DNA of 64,000 nucleotides, from assembly GCA_000004985.1 (NCBI GenBank), contig GG738854.1; one strand, given 5' to 3'. The translations under genes were made by a program, and so were the position numbers. The notes beneath the pieces are model-generated. The model saw only the letters and a program-made list of their open reading frames with translations, was not told the origin of the DNA and did not search any database. The DNA is from Naegleria gruberi (taxonomy: Eukaryota). Below are positions 12,001-24,000 of this stretch, one piece after another (position 1 is the stretch's first letter; each line of letters opens with the position of its first letter).

Positions 12001-15000
12001 NNNNNNNNNNNNNNNNNNNNNNNNNNNNNNNNNNNNNNNNNNNNNNNNNNNNNNNNNNNNNNNNNNNNNNNNNNNNNNNNNNNNNNNNNNNNNNNNNNNN
12101 NNNNNNNNNNNNNNNNNNNNNNNNNNNNNNNNNNNNNNNNNNNNNNNNNNNNNNNNNNNNNNNNNNNNNNNNNNNNNNNNNNNNNNNNNNNNNNNNNNNN
12201 NNNNNNNNNNNNNNNNNNNNNNNNNNNNNNNNNNNNNNNNNNNNNNNNNNNNNNNNNNNNNNNNNNNNNNNNNNNNNNNNNNNNNNNNNNNNNNNNNNNN
12301 NNNNNNNNNNNNNNNNNNNNNNNNNNNNNNNNNNNNNNNNNNNNNNNNNNNNNNNNNNNNNNNNNNNNNNNNNNNNNNNNNNNNNNNNNNNNNNNNNNNN
12401 NNNNNNNNNNNNNNNNNNNNNNNNNNNNNNNNNNNNNNNNNNNNNNNNNNNNNNNNNNNNNNNNNNNNNNNNNNNNNNNNNNNNNNNNNNNNNNNNNNNN
12501 NNNNNNNNNNNNNNNNNNNNNNNNNNNNNNNNNNNNNNNNNNNNNNNNNNNNNNNNNNNNNNNNNNNNNNNNNNNNNNNNNNNNNNNNNNNNNNNNNNNN
12601 NNNNNNNNNNNNNNNNNNNNNNNNNNNNNNNNNNNNNNNNNNNNNNNNNNNNNNNNNNNNNNNNNNNNNNNNNNNNNNNNNNNNNNNNNNNNNNNNNNNN
12701 NNNNNNNNNNNNNNNNNNNNNNNNNNNNNNNNNNNNNNNNNNNNNNNNNNNNNNNNNNNNNNNNNNNNNNNNNNNNNNNNNNNNNNNNNNNNNNNNNNNN
12801 NNNNNNNNNNNNNNNNNNNNNNNNNNNNNNNNNNNNNNNNNNNNNNNNNNNNNNNNNNNNNNNNNNNNNNNNNNNNNNNNNNNNNNNNNNNNNNNNNNNN
12901 NNNNNNNNNNNNNNNNNNNNNNNNNNNNNNNNNNNNNNNNNNNNNNNNNNNNNNNNNNNNNNNNNNNNNNNNNNNNNNNNNNNNNNNNNNNNNNNNNNNN
13001 NNNNNNNNNNNNNNNNNNNNNNNNNNNNNNNNNNNNNNNNNNNNNNNNNNNNNNNNNNNNNNNNNNNNNNNNNNNNNNNNNNNNNNNNNNNNNNNNNNNN
13101 NNNNNNNNNNNNNNNNNNNNNNNNNNNNNNNNNNNNNNNNNNNNNNNNNNNNNNNNNNNNNNNNNNNNNNNNNNNNNNNNNNNNNNNNNNNNNNNNNNNN
13201 NNNNNNNNNNNNNNNNNNNNNNNNNNNNNNNNNNNNNNNNNNNNNNNNNNNNNNNNNNNNNNNNNNNNNNNNNNNNNNNNNNNNNNNNNNNNNNNNNNNN
13301 NNNNNNNNNNNNNNNNNNNNNNNNNNNNNNNNNNNNNNNNNNNNNNNNNNNNNNNNNNNNNNNNNNNNNNNNNNNNNNNNNNNNNNNNNNNNNNNNNNNN
13401 NNNNNNNNNNNNNNNNNNNNNNNNNNNNNNNNNNNNNNNNNNNNNNNNNNNNNNNNNNNNNNNNNNNNNNNNNNNNNNNNNNNNNNNNNNNNNNNNNNNN
13501 NNNNNNNNNNNNNNNNNNNNNNNNNNNNNNNNNNNNNNNNNNNNNNNNNNNNNNNNNNNNNNNNNNNNNNNNNNNNNNNNNNNNNNNNNNNNNNNNNNNN
13601 NNNNNNNNNNNNNNNNNNNNNNNNNNNNNNNNNNNNNNNNNNNNNNNNNNNNNNNNNNNNNNNNNNNNNNNNNNNNNNNNNNNNNNNNNNNNNNNNNNNN
13701 NNNNNNNNNNNNNNNNNNNNNNNNNNNNNNNNNNNNNNNNNNNNNNNNNNNNNNNNNNNNNNNNNNNNNNNNNNNNNNNNNNNNNNNNNNNNNNNNNNNN
13801 NNNNNNNNNNNNNNNNNNNNNNNNNNNNNNNNNNNNNNNNNNNNNNNNNNNNNNNNNNNNNNNNNNNNNNNNNNNNNNNNNNNNNNNNNNNNNNNNNNNN
13901 NNNNNNNNNNNNNNNNNNNNNNNNNNNNNNNNNNNNNNNNNNNNNNNNNNNNNNNNNNNNNNNNNNNNNNNNNNNNNNNNNNNNNNNNNNNNNNNNNNNN
14001 NNNNNNNNNNNNNNNNNNNNNNNNNNNNNNNNNNNNNNNNNNNNNNNNNNNNNNNNNNNNNNNNNNNNNNNNNNNNNNNNNNNNNNNNNNNNNNNNNNNN
14101 NNNNNNNNNNNNNNNNNNNNNNNNNNNNNNNNNNNNNNNNNNNNNNNNNNNNNNNNNNNNNNNNNNNNNNNNNNNNNNNNNNNNNNNNNNNNNNNNNNNN
14201 NNNNNNNNNNNNNNNNNNNNNNNNNNNNNNNNNNNNNNNNNNNNNNNNNNNNNNNNNNNNNNNNNNNNNNNNNNNNNNNNNNNNNNNNNNNNNNNNNNNN
14301 NNNNNNNNNNNNNNNNNNNNNNNNNNNNNNNNNNNNNNNNNNNNNNNNNNNNNNNNNNNNNNNNNNNNNNNNNNNNNNNNNNNNNNNNNNNNNNNNNNNN
14401 NNNNNNNNNNNNNNNNNNNNNNNNNNNNNNNNNNNNNNNNNNNNNNNNNNNNNNNNNNNNNNNNNNNNNNNNNNNNNNNNNNNNNNNNNNNNNNNNNNNN
14501 NNNNNNNNNNNNNNNNNNNNNNNNNNNNNNNNNNNNNNNNNNNNNNNNNNNNNNNNNNNNNNNNNNNNNNNNNNNNNNNNNNNNNNNNNNNNNNNNNNNN
14601 NNNNNNNNNNNNNNNNNNNNNNNNNNNNNNNNNNNNNNNNNNNNNNNNNNNNNNNNNNNNNNNNNNNNNNNNNNNNNNNNNNNNNNNNNNNNNNNNNNNN
14701 NNNNNNNNNNNNNNNNNNNNNNNNNNNNNNNNNNNNNNNNNNNNNNNNNNNNNNNNNNNNNNNNNNNNNNNNNNNNNNNNNNNNNNNNNNNNNNNNNNNN
14801 NNNNNNNNNNNNNNNNNNNNNNNNNNNNNNNNNNNNNNNNNNNNNNNNNNNNNNNNNNNNNNNNNNNNNNNNNNNNNNNNNNNNNNNNNNNNNNNNNNNN
14901 NNNNNNNNNNNNNNNNNNNNNNNNNNNNNNNNNNNNNNNNNNNNNNNNNNNNNNNNNNNNNNNNNNNNNNNNNNNNNNNNNNNNNNNNNNNNNNNNNNNN

Positions 15001-18000
15001 NNNNNNNNNNNNNNNNNNNNNNNNNNNNNNNNNNNNNNNNNNNNNNNNNNNNNNNNNNNNNNNNNNNNNNNNNNNNNNNNNNNNNNNNNNNNNNNNNNNN
15101 NNNNNNNNNNNNNNNNNNNNNNNNNNNNNNNNNNNNNNNNNNNNNNNNNNNNNNNNNNNNNNNNNNNNNNNNNNNNNNNNNNNNNNNNNNNNNNNNNNNN
15201 NNNNNNNNNNNNNNNNNNNNNNNNNNNNNNNNNNNNNNNNNNNNNNNNNNNNNNNNNNNNNNNNNNNNNNNNNNNNNNNNNNNNNNNNNNNNNNNNNNNN
15301 NNNNNNNNNNNNNNNNNNNNNNNNNNNNNNNNNNNNNNNNNNNNNNNNNNNNNNNNNNNNNNNNNNNNNNNNNNNNNNNNNNNNNNNNNNNNNNNNNNNN
15401 NNNNNNNNNNNNNNNNNNNNNNNNNNNNNNNNNNNNNNNNNNNNNNNNNNNNNNNNNNNNNNNNNNNNNNNNNNNNNNNNNNNNNNNNNNNNNNNNNNNN
15501 NNNNNNNNNNNNNNNNNNNNNNNNNNNNNNNNNNNNNNNNNNNNNNNNNNNNNNNNNNNNNNNNNNNNNNNNNNNNNNNNNNNNNNNNNNNNNNNNNNNN
15601 NNNNNNNNNNNNNNNNNNNNNNNNNNNNNNNNNNNNNNNNNNNNNNNNNNNNNNNNNNNNNNNNNNNNNNNNNNNNNNNNNNNNNNNNNNNNNNNNNNNN
15701 NNNNNNNNNNNNNNNNNNNNNNNNNNNNNNNNNNNNNNNNNNNNNNNNNNNNNNNNNNNNNNNNNNNNNNNNNNNNNNNNNNNNNNNNNNNNNNNNNNNN
15801 NNNNNNNNNNNNNNNNNNNNNNNNNNNNNNNNNNNNNNNNNNNNNNNNNNNNNNNNNNNNNNNNNNNNNNNNNNNNNNNNNNNNNNNNNNNNNNNNNNNN
15901 NNNNNNNNNNNNNNNNNNNNNNNNNNNNNNNNNNNNNNNNNNNNNNNNNNNNNNNNNNNNNNNNNNNNNNNNNNNNNNNNNNNNNNNNNNNNNNNNNNNN
16001 NNNNNNNNNNNNNNNNNNNNNNNNNNNNNNNNNNNNNNNNNNNNNNNNNNNNNNNNNNNNNNNNNNNNNNNNNNNNNNNNNNNNNNNNNNNNNNNNNNNN
16101 NNNNNNNNNNNNNNNNNNNNNNNNNNNNNNNNNNNNNNNNNNNNNNNNNNNNNNNNNNNNNNNNNNNNNNNNNNNNNNNNNNNNNNNNNNNNNNNNNNNN
16201 NNNNNNNNNNNNNNNNNNNNNNNNNNNNNNNNNNNNNNNNNNNNNNNNNNNNNNNNNNNNNNNNNNNNNNNNNNNNNNNNNNNNNNNNNNNNNNNNNNNN
16301 NNNNNNNNNNNNNNNNNNNNNNNNNNNNNNNNNNNNNNNNNNNNNNNNNNNNNNNNNNNNNNNNNNNNNNNNNNNNNNNNNNNNNNNNNNNNNNNNNNNN
16401 NNNNNNNNNNNNNNNNNNNNNNNNNNNNNNNNNNNNNNNNNNNNNNNNNNNNNNNNNNNNNNNNNNNNNNNNNNNNNNNNNNNNNNNNNNNNNNNNNNNN
16501 NNNNNNNNNNNNNNNNNNNNNNNNNNNNNNNNNNNNNNNNNNNNNNNNNNNNNNNNNNNNNNNNNNNNNNNNNNNNNNNNNNNNNNNNNNNNNNNNNNNN
16601 NNNNNNNNNNNNNNNNNNNNNNNNNNNNNNNNNNNNNNNNNNNNNNNNNNNNNNNNNNNNNNNNNNNNNNNNNNNNNNNNNNNNNNNNNNNNNNNNNNNN
16701 NNNNNNNNNNNNNNNNNNNNNNNNNNNNNNNNNNNNNNNNNNNNNNNNNNNNNNNNNNNNNNNNNNNNNNNNNNNNNNNNNNNNNNNNNNNNNNNNNNNN
16801 NNNNNNNNNNNNNNNNNNNNNNNNNNNNNNNNNNNNNNNNNNNNNNNNNNNNNNNNNNNNNNNNNNNNNNNNNNNNNNNNNNNNNNNNNNNNNNNNNNNN
16901 NNNNNNNNNNNNNNNNNNNNNNNNNNNNNNNNNNNNNNNNNNNNNNNNNNNNNNNNNNNNNNNNNNNNNNNNNNNNNNNNNNNNNNNNNNNNNNNNNNNN
17001 NNNNNNNNNNNNNNNNNNNNNNNNNNNNNNNNNNNNNNNNNNNNNNNNNNNNNNNNNNNNNNNNNNNNNNNNNNNNNNNNNNNNNNNNNNNNNNNNNNNN
17101 NNNNNNNNNNNNNNNNNNNNNNNNNNNNNNNNNNNNNNNNNNNNNNNNNNNNNNNNNNNNNNNNNNNNNNNNNNNNNNNNNNNNNNNNNNNNNNNNNNNN
17201 NNNNNNNNNNNNNNNNNNNNNNNNNNNNNNNNNNNNNNNNNNNNNNNNNNNNNNNNNNNNNNNNNNNNNNNNNNNNNNNNNNNNNNNNNNNNNNNNNNNN
17301 NNNNNNNNNNNNNNNNNNNNNNNNNNNNNNNNNNNNNNNNNNNNNNNNNNNNNNNNNNNNNNNNNNNNNNNNNNNNNNNNNNNNNNNNNNNNNNNNNNNN
17401 NNNNNNNNNNNNNNNNNNNNNNNNNNNNNNNNNNNNNNNNNNNNNNNNNNNNNNNNNNNNNNNNNNNNNNNNNNNNNNNNNNNNNNNNNNNNNNNNNNNN
17501 NNNNNNNNNNNNNNNNNNNNNNNNNNNNNNNNNNNNNNNNNNNNNNNNNNNNNNNNNNNNNNNNNNNNNNNNNNNNNNNNNNNNNNNNNNNNNNNNNNNN
17601 NNNNNNNNNNNNNNNNNNNNNNNNNNNNNNNNNNNNNNNNNNNNNNNNNNNNNNNNNNNNNNNNNNNNNNNNNNNNNNNNNNNNNNNNNNNNNNNNNNNN
17701 NNNNNNNNNNNNNNNNNNNNNNNNNNNNNNNNNNNNNNNNNNNNNNNNNNNNNNNNNNNNNNNNNNNNNNNNNNNNNNNNNNNNNNNNNNNNNNNNNNNN
17801 NNNNNNNNNNNNNNNNNNNNNNNNNNNNNNNNNNNNNNNNNNNNNNNNNNNNNNNNNNNNNNNNNNNNNNNNNNNNNNNNNNNNNNNNNNNNNNNNNNNN
17901 NNNNNNNNNNNNNNNNNNNNNNNNNNNNNNNNNNNNNNNNNNNNNNNNNNNNNNNNNNNNNNNNNNNNNNNNNNNNNNNNNNNNNNNNNNNNNNNNNNNN

Positions 18001-21000
18001 NNNNNNNNNNNNNNNNNNNNNNNNNNNNNNNNNNNNNNNNNNNNNNNNNNNNNNNNNNNNNNNNNNNNNNNNNNNNNNNNNNNNNNNNNNNNNNNNNNNN
18101 NNNNNNNNNNNNNNNNNNNNNNNNNNNNNNNNNNNNNNNNNNNNNNNNNNNNNNNNNNNNNNNNNNNNNNNNNNNNNNNNNNNNNNNNNNNNNNNNNNNN
18201 NNNNNNNNNNNNNNNNNNNNNNNNNNNNNNNNNNNNNNNNNNNNNNNNNNNNNNNNNNNNNNNNNNNNNNNNNNNNNNNNNNNNNNNNNNNNNNNNNNNN
18301 NNNNNNNNNNNNNNNNNNNNNNNNNNNNNNNNNNNNNNNNNNNNNNNNNNNNNNNNNNNNNNNNNNNNNNNNNNNNNNNNNNNNNNNNNNNNNNNNNNNN
18401 NNNNNNNNNNNNNNNNNNNNNNNNNNNNNNNNNNNNNNNNNNNNNNNNNNNNNNNNNNNNNNNNNNNNNNNNNNNNNNNNNNNNNNNNNNNNNNNNNNNN
18501 NNNNNNNNNNNNNNNNNNNNNNNNNNNNNNNNNNNNNNNNNNNNNNNNNNNNNNNNNNNNNNNNNNNNNNNNNNNNNNNNNNNNNNNNNNNNNNNNNNNN
18601 NNNNNNNNNNNNNNNNNNNNNNNNNNNNNNNNNNNNNNNNNNNNNNNNNNNNNNNNNNNNNNNNNNNNNNNNNNNNNNNNNNNNNNNNNNNNNNNNNNNN
18701 NNNNNNNNNNNNNNNNNNNNNNNNNNNNNNNNNNNNNNNNNNNNNNNNNNNNNNNNNNNNNNNNNNNNNNNNNNNNNNNNNNNNNNNNNNNNNNNNNNNN
18801 NNNNNNNNNNNNNNNNNNNNNNNNNNNNNNNNNNNNNNNNNNNNNNNNNNNNNNNNNNNNNNNNNNNNNNNNNNNNNNNNNNNNNNNNNNNNNNNNNNNN
18901 NNNNNNNNNNNNNNNNNNNNNNNNNNNNNNNNNNNNNNNNNNNNNNNNNNNNNNNNNNNNNNNNNNNNNNNNNNNNNNNNNNNNNNNNNNNNNNNNNNNN
19001 NNNNNNNNNNNNNNNNNNNNNNNNNNNNNNNNNNNNNNNNNNNNNNNNNNNNNNNNNNNNNNNNNNNNNNNNNNNNNNNNNNNNNNNNNNNNNNNNNNNN
19101 NNNNNNNNNNNNNNNNNNNNNNNNNNNNNNNNNNNNNNNNNNNNNNNNNNNNNNNNNNNNNNNNNNNNNNNNNNNNNNNNNNNNNNNNNNNNNNNNNNNN
19201 NNNNNNNNNNNNNNNNNNNNNNNNNNNNNNNNNNNNNNNNNNNNNNNNNNNNNNNNNNNNNNNNNNNNNNNNNNNNNNNNNNNNNNNNNNNNNNNNNNNN
19301 NNNNNNNNNNNNNNNNNNNNNNNNNNNNNNNNNNNNNNNNNNNNNNNNNNNNNNNNNNNNNNNNNNNNNNNNNNNNNNNNNNNNNNNNNNNNNNNNNNNN
19401 NNNNNNNNNNNNNNNNNNNNNNNNNNNNNNNNNNNNNNNNNNNNNNNNNNNNNNNNNNNNNNNNNNNNNNNNNNNNNNNNNNNNNNNNNNNNNNNNNNNN
19501 NNNNNNNNNNNNNNNNNNNNNNNNNNNNNNNNNNNNNNNNNNNNNNNNNNNNNNNNNNNNNNNNNNNNNNNNNNNNNNNNNNNNNNNNNNNNNNNNNNNN
19601 NNNNNNNNNNNNNNNNNNNNNNNNNNNNNNNNNNNNNNNNNNNNNNNNNNNNNNNNNNNNNNNNNNNNNNNNNNNNNNNNNNNNNNNNNNNNNNNNNNNN
19701 NNNNNNNNNNNNNNNNNNNNNNNNNNNNNNNNNNNNNNNNNNNNNNNNNNNNNNNNNNNNNNNNNNNNNNNNNNNNNNNNNNNNNNNNNNNNNNNNNNNN
19801 NNNNNNNNNNNNNNNNNNNNNNNNNNNNNNNNNNNNNNNNNNNNNNNNNNNNNNNNNNNNNNNNNNNNNNNNNNNNNNNNNNNNNNNNNNNNNNNNNNNN
19901 NNNNNNNNNNNNNNNNNNNNNNNNNNNNNNNNNNNNNNNNNNNNNNNNNNNNNNNNNNNNNNNNNNNNNNNNNNNNNNNNNNNNNNNNNNNNNNNNNNNN
20001 NNNNNNNNNNNNNNNNNNNNNNNNNNNNNNNNNNNNNNNNNNNNNNNNNNNNNNNNNNNNNNNNNNNNNNNNNNNNNNNNNNNNNNNNNNNNNNNNNNNN
20101 NNNNNNNNNNNNNNNNNNNNNNNNNNNNNNNNNNNNNNNNNNNNNNNNNNNNNNNNNNNNNNNNNNNNNNNNNNNNNNNNNNNNNNNNNNNNNNNNNNNN
20201 NNNNNNNNNNNNNNNNNNNNNNNNNNNNNNNNNNNNNNNNNNNNNNNNNNNNNNNNNNNNNNNNNNNNNNNNNNNNNNNNNNNNNNNNNNNNNNNNNNNN
20301 NNNNNNNNNNNNNNNNNNNNNNNNNNNNNNNNNNNNNNNNNNNNNNNNNNNNNNNNNNNNNNNNNNNNNNNNNNNNNNNNNNNNNNNNNNNNNNNNNNNN
20401 NNNNNNNNNNNNNNNNNNNNNNNNNNNNNNNNNNNNNNNNNNNNNNNNNNNNNNNNNNNNNNNNNNNNNNNNNNNNNNNNNNNNNNNNNNNNNNNNNNNN
20501 NNNNNNNNNNNNNNNNNNNNNNNNNNNNNNNNNNNNNNNNNNNNNNNNNNNNNNNNNNNNNNNNNNNNNNNNNNNNNNNNNNNNNNNNNNNNNNNNNNNN
20601 NNNNNNNNNNNNNNNNNNNNNNNNNNNNNNNNNNNNNNNNNNNNNNNNNNNNNNNNNNNNNNNNNNNNNNNNNNNNNNNNNNNNNNNNNNNNNNNNNNNN
20701 NNNNNNNNNNNNNNNNNNNNNNNNNNNNNNNNNNNNNNNNNNNNNNNNNNNNNNNNNNNNNNNNNNNNNNNNNNNNNNNNNNNNNNNNNNNNNNNNNNNN
20801 NNNNNNNNNNNNNNNNNNNNNNNNNNNNNNNNNNNNNNNNNNNNNNNNNNNNNNNNNNNNNNNNNNNNNNNNNNNNNNNNNNNNNNNNNNNNNNNNNNNN
20901 NNNNNNNNNNNNNNNNNNNNNNNNNNNNNNNNNNNNNNNNNNNNNNNNNNNNNNNNNNNNNNNNNNNNNNNNNNNNNNNNNNNNNNNNNNNNNNNNNNNN

Positions 21001-24000
21001 NNNNNNNNNNNNNNNNNNNNNNNNNNNNNNNNNNNNNNNNNNNNNNNNNNNNNNNNNNNNNNNNNNNNNNNNNNNNNNNNNNNNNNNNNNNNNNNNNNNN
21101 NNNNNNNNNNNNNNNNNNNNNNNNNNNNNNNNNNNNNNNNNNNNNNNNNNNNNNNNNNNNNNNNNNNNNNNNNNNNNNNNNNNNNNNNNNNNNNNNNNNN
21201 NNNNNNNNNNNNNNNNNNNNNNNNNNNNNNNNNNNNNNNNNNNNNNNNNNNNNNNNNNNNNNNNNNNNNNNNNNNNNNNNNNNNNNNNNNNNNNNNNNNN
21301 NNNNNNNNNNNNNNNNNNNNNNNNNNNNNNNNNNNNNNNNNNNNNNNNNNNNNNNNNNNNNNNNNNNNNNNNNNNNNNNNNNNNNNNNNNNNNNNNNNNN
21401 NNNNNNNNNNNNNNNNNNNNNNNNNNNNNNNNNNNNNNNNNNNNNNNNNNNNNNNNNNNNNNNNNNNNNNNNNNNNNNNNNNNNNNNNNNNNNNNNNNNN
21501 NNNNNNNNNNNNNNNNNNNNNNNNNNNNNNNNNNNNNNNNNNNNNNNNNNNNNNNNNNNNNNNNNNNNNNNNNNNNNNNNNNNNNNNNNNNNNNNNNNNN
21601 NNNNNNNNNNNNNNNNNNNNNNNNNNNNNNNNNNNNNNNNNNNNNNNNNNNNNNNNNNNNNNNNNNNNNNNNNNNNNNNNNNNNNNNNNNNNNNNNNNNN
21701 NNNNNNNNNNNNNNNNNNNNNNNNNNNNNNNNNNNNNNNNNNNNNNNNNNNNNNNNNNNNNNNNNNNNNNNNNNNNNNNNNNNNNNNNNNNNNNNNNNNN
21801 NNNNNNNNNNNNNNNNNNNNNNNNNNNNNNNNNNNNNNNNNNNNNNNNNNNNNNNNNNNNNNNNNNNNNNNNNNNNNNNNNNNNNNNNNNNNNNNNNNNN
21901 NNNNNNNNNNNNNNNNNNNNNNNNNNNNNNNNNNNNNNNNNNNNNNNNNNNNNNNNNNNNNNNNNNNNNNNNNNNNNNNNNNNNNNNNNNNNNNNNNNNN
22001 NNNNNNNNNNNNNNNNNNNNNNNNNNNNNNNNNNNNNNNNNNNNNNNNNNNNNNNNNNNNNNNNNNNNNNNNNNNNNNNNNNNNNNNNNNNNNNNNNNNN
22101 NNNNNNNNNNNNNNNNNNNNNNNNNNNNNNNNNNNNNNNNNNNNNNNNNNNNNNNNNNNNNNNNNNNNNNNNNNNNNNNNNNNNNNNNNNNNNNNNNNNN
22201 NNNNNNNNNNNNNNNNNNNNNNNNNNNNNNNNNNNNNNNNNNNNNNNNNNNNNNNNNNNNNNNNNNNNNNNNNNNNNNNNNNNNNNNNNNNNNNNNNNNN
22301 NNNNNNNNNNNNNNNNNNNNNNNNNNNNNNNNNNNNNNNNNNNNNNNNNNNNNNNNNNNNNNNNNNNNNNNNNNNNNNNNNNNNNNNNNNNNNNNNNNNN
22401 NNNNNNNNNNNNNNNNNNNNNNNNNNNNNNNNNNNNNNNNNNNNNNNNNNNNNNNNNNNNNNNNNNNNNNNNNNNNNNNNNNNNNNNNNNNNNNNNNNNN
22501 NNNNNNNNNNNNNNNNNNNNNNNNNNNNNNNNNNNNNNNNNNNNNNNNNNNNNNNNNNNNNNNNNNNNNNNNNNNNNNNNNNNNNNNNNNNNNNNNNNNN
22601 NNNNNNNNNNNNNNNNNNNNNNNNNNNNNNNNNNNNNNNNNNNNNNNNNNNNNNNNNNNNNNNNNNNNNNNNNNNNNNNNNNNNNNNNNNNNNNNNNNNN
22701 NNNNNNNNNNNNNNNNNNNNNNNNNNNNNNNNNNNNNNNNNNNNNNNNNNNNNNNNNNNNNNNNNNNNNNNNNNNNNNNNNNNNNNNNNNNNNNNNNNNN
22801 NNNNNNNNNNNNNNNNNNNNNNNNNNNNNNNNNNNNNNNNNNNNNNNNNNNNNNNNNNNNNNNNNNNNNNNNNNNNNNNNNNNNNNNNNNNNNNNNNNNN
22901 NNNNNNNNNNNNNNNNNNNNNNNNNNNNNNNNNNNNNNNNNNNNNNNNNNNNNNNNNNNNNNNNNNNNNNNNNNNNNNNNNNNNNNNNNNNNNNNNNNNN
23001 NNNNNNNNNNNNNNNNNNNNNNNNNNNNNNNNNNNNNNNNNNNNNNNNNNNNNNNNNNNNNNNNNNNNNNNNNNNNNNNNNNNNNNNNNNNNNNNNNNNN
23101 NNNNNNNNNNNNNNNNNNNNNNNNNNNNNNNNNNNNNNNNNNNNNNNNNNNNNNNNNNNNNNNNNNNNNNNNNNNNNNNNNNNNNNNNNNNNNNNNNNNN
23201 NNNNNNNNNNNNNNNNNNNNNNNNNNNNNNNNNNNNNNNNNNNNNNNNNNNNNNNNNNNNNNNNNNNNNNNNNNNNNNNNNNNNNNNNNNNNNNNNNNNN
23301 NNNNNNNNNNNNNNNNNNNNNNNNNNNNNNNNNNNNNNNNNNNNNNNNNNNNNNNNNNNNNNNNNNNNNNNNNNNNNNNNNNNNNNNNNNNNNNNNNNNN
23401 NNNNNNNNNNNNNNNNNNNNNNNNNNNNNNNNNNNNNNNNNNNNNNNNNNNNNNNNNNNNNNNNNNNNNNNNNNNNNNNNNNNNNNNNNNNNNNNNNNNN
23501 NNNNNNNNNNNNNNNNNNNNNNNNNNNNNNNNNNNNNNNNNNNNNNNNNNNNNNNNNNNNNNNNNNNNNNNNNNNNNNNNNNNNNNNNNNNNNNNNNNNN
23601 NNNNNNNNNNNNNNNNNNNNNNNNNNNNNNNNNNNNNNNNNNNNNNNNNNNNNNNNNNNNNNNNNNNNNNNNNNNNNNNNNNNNNNNNNNNNNNNNNNNN
23701 NNNNNNNNNNNNNNNNNNNNNNNNNNNNNNNNNNNNNNNNNNNNNNNNNNNNNNNNNNNNNNNNNNNNNNNNNNNNNNNNNNNNNNNNNNNNNNNNNNNN
23801 NNNNNNNNNNNNNNNNNNNNNNNNNNNNNNNNNNNNNNNNNNNNNNNNNNNNNNNNNNNNNNNNNNNNNNNNNNNNNNNNNNNNNNNNNNNNNNNNNNNN
23901 NNNNNNNNNNNNNNNNNNNNNNNNNNNNNNNNNNNNNNNNNNNNNNNNNNNNNNNNNNNNNNNNNNNNNNNNNNNNNNNNNNNNNNNNNNNNNNNNNNNN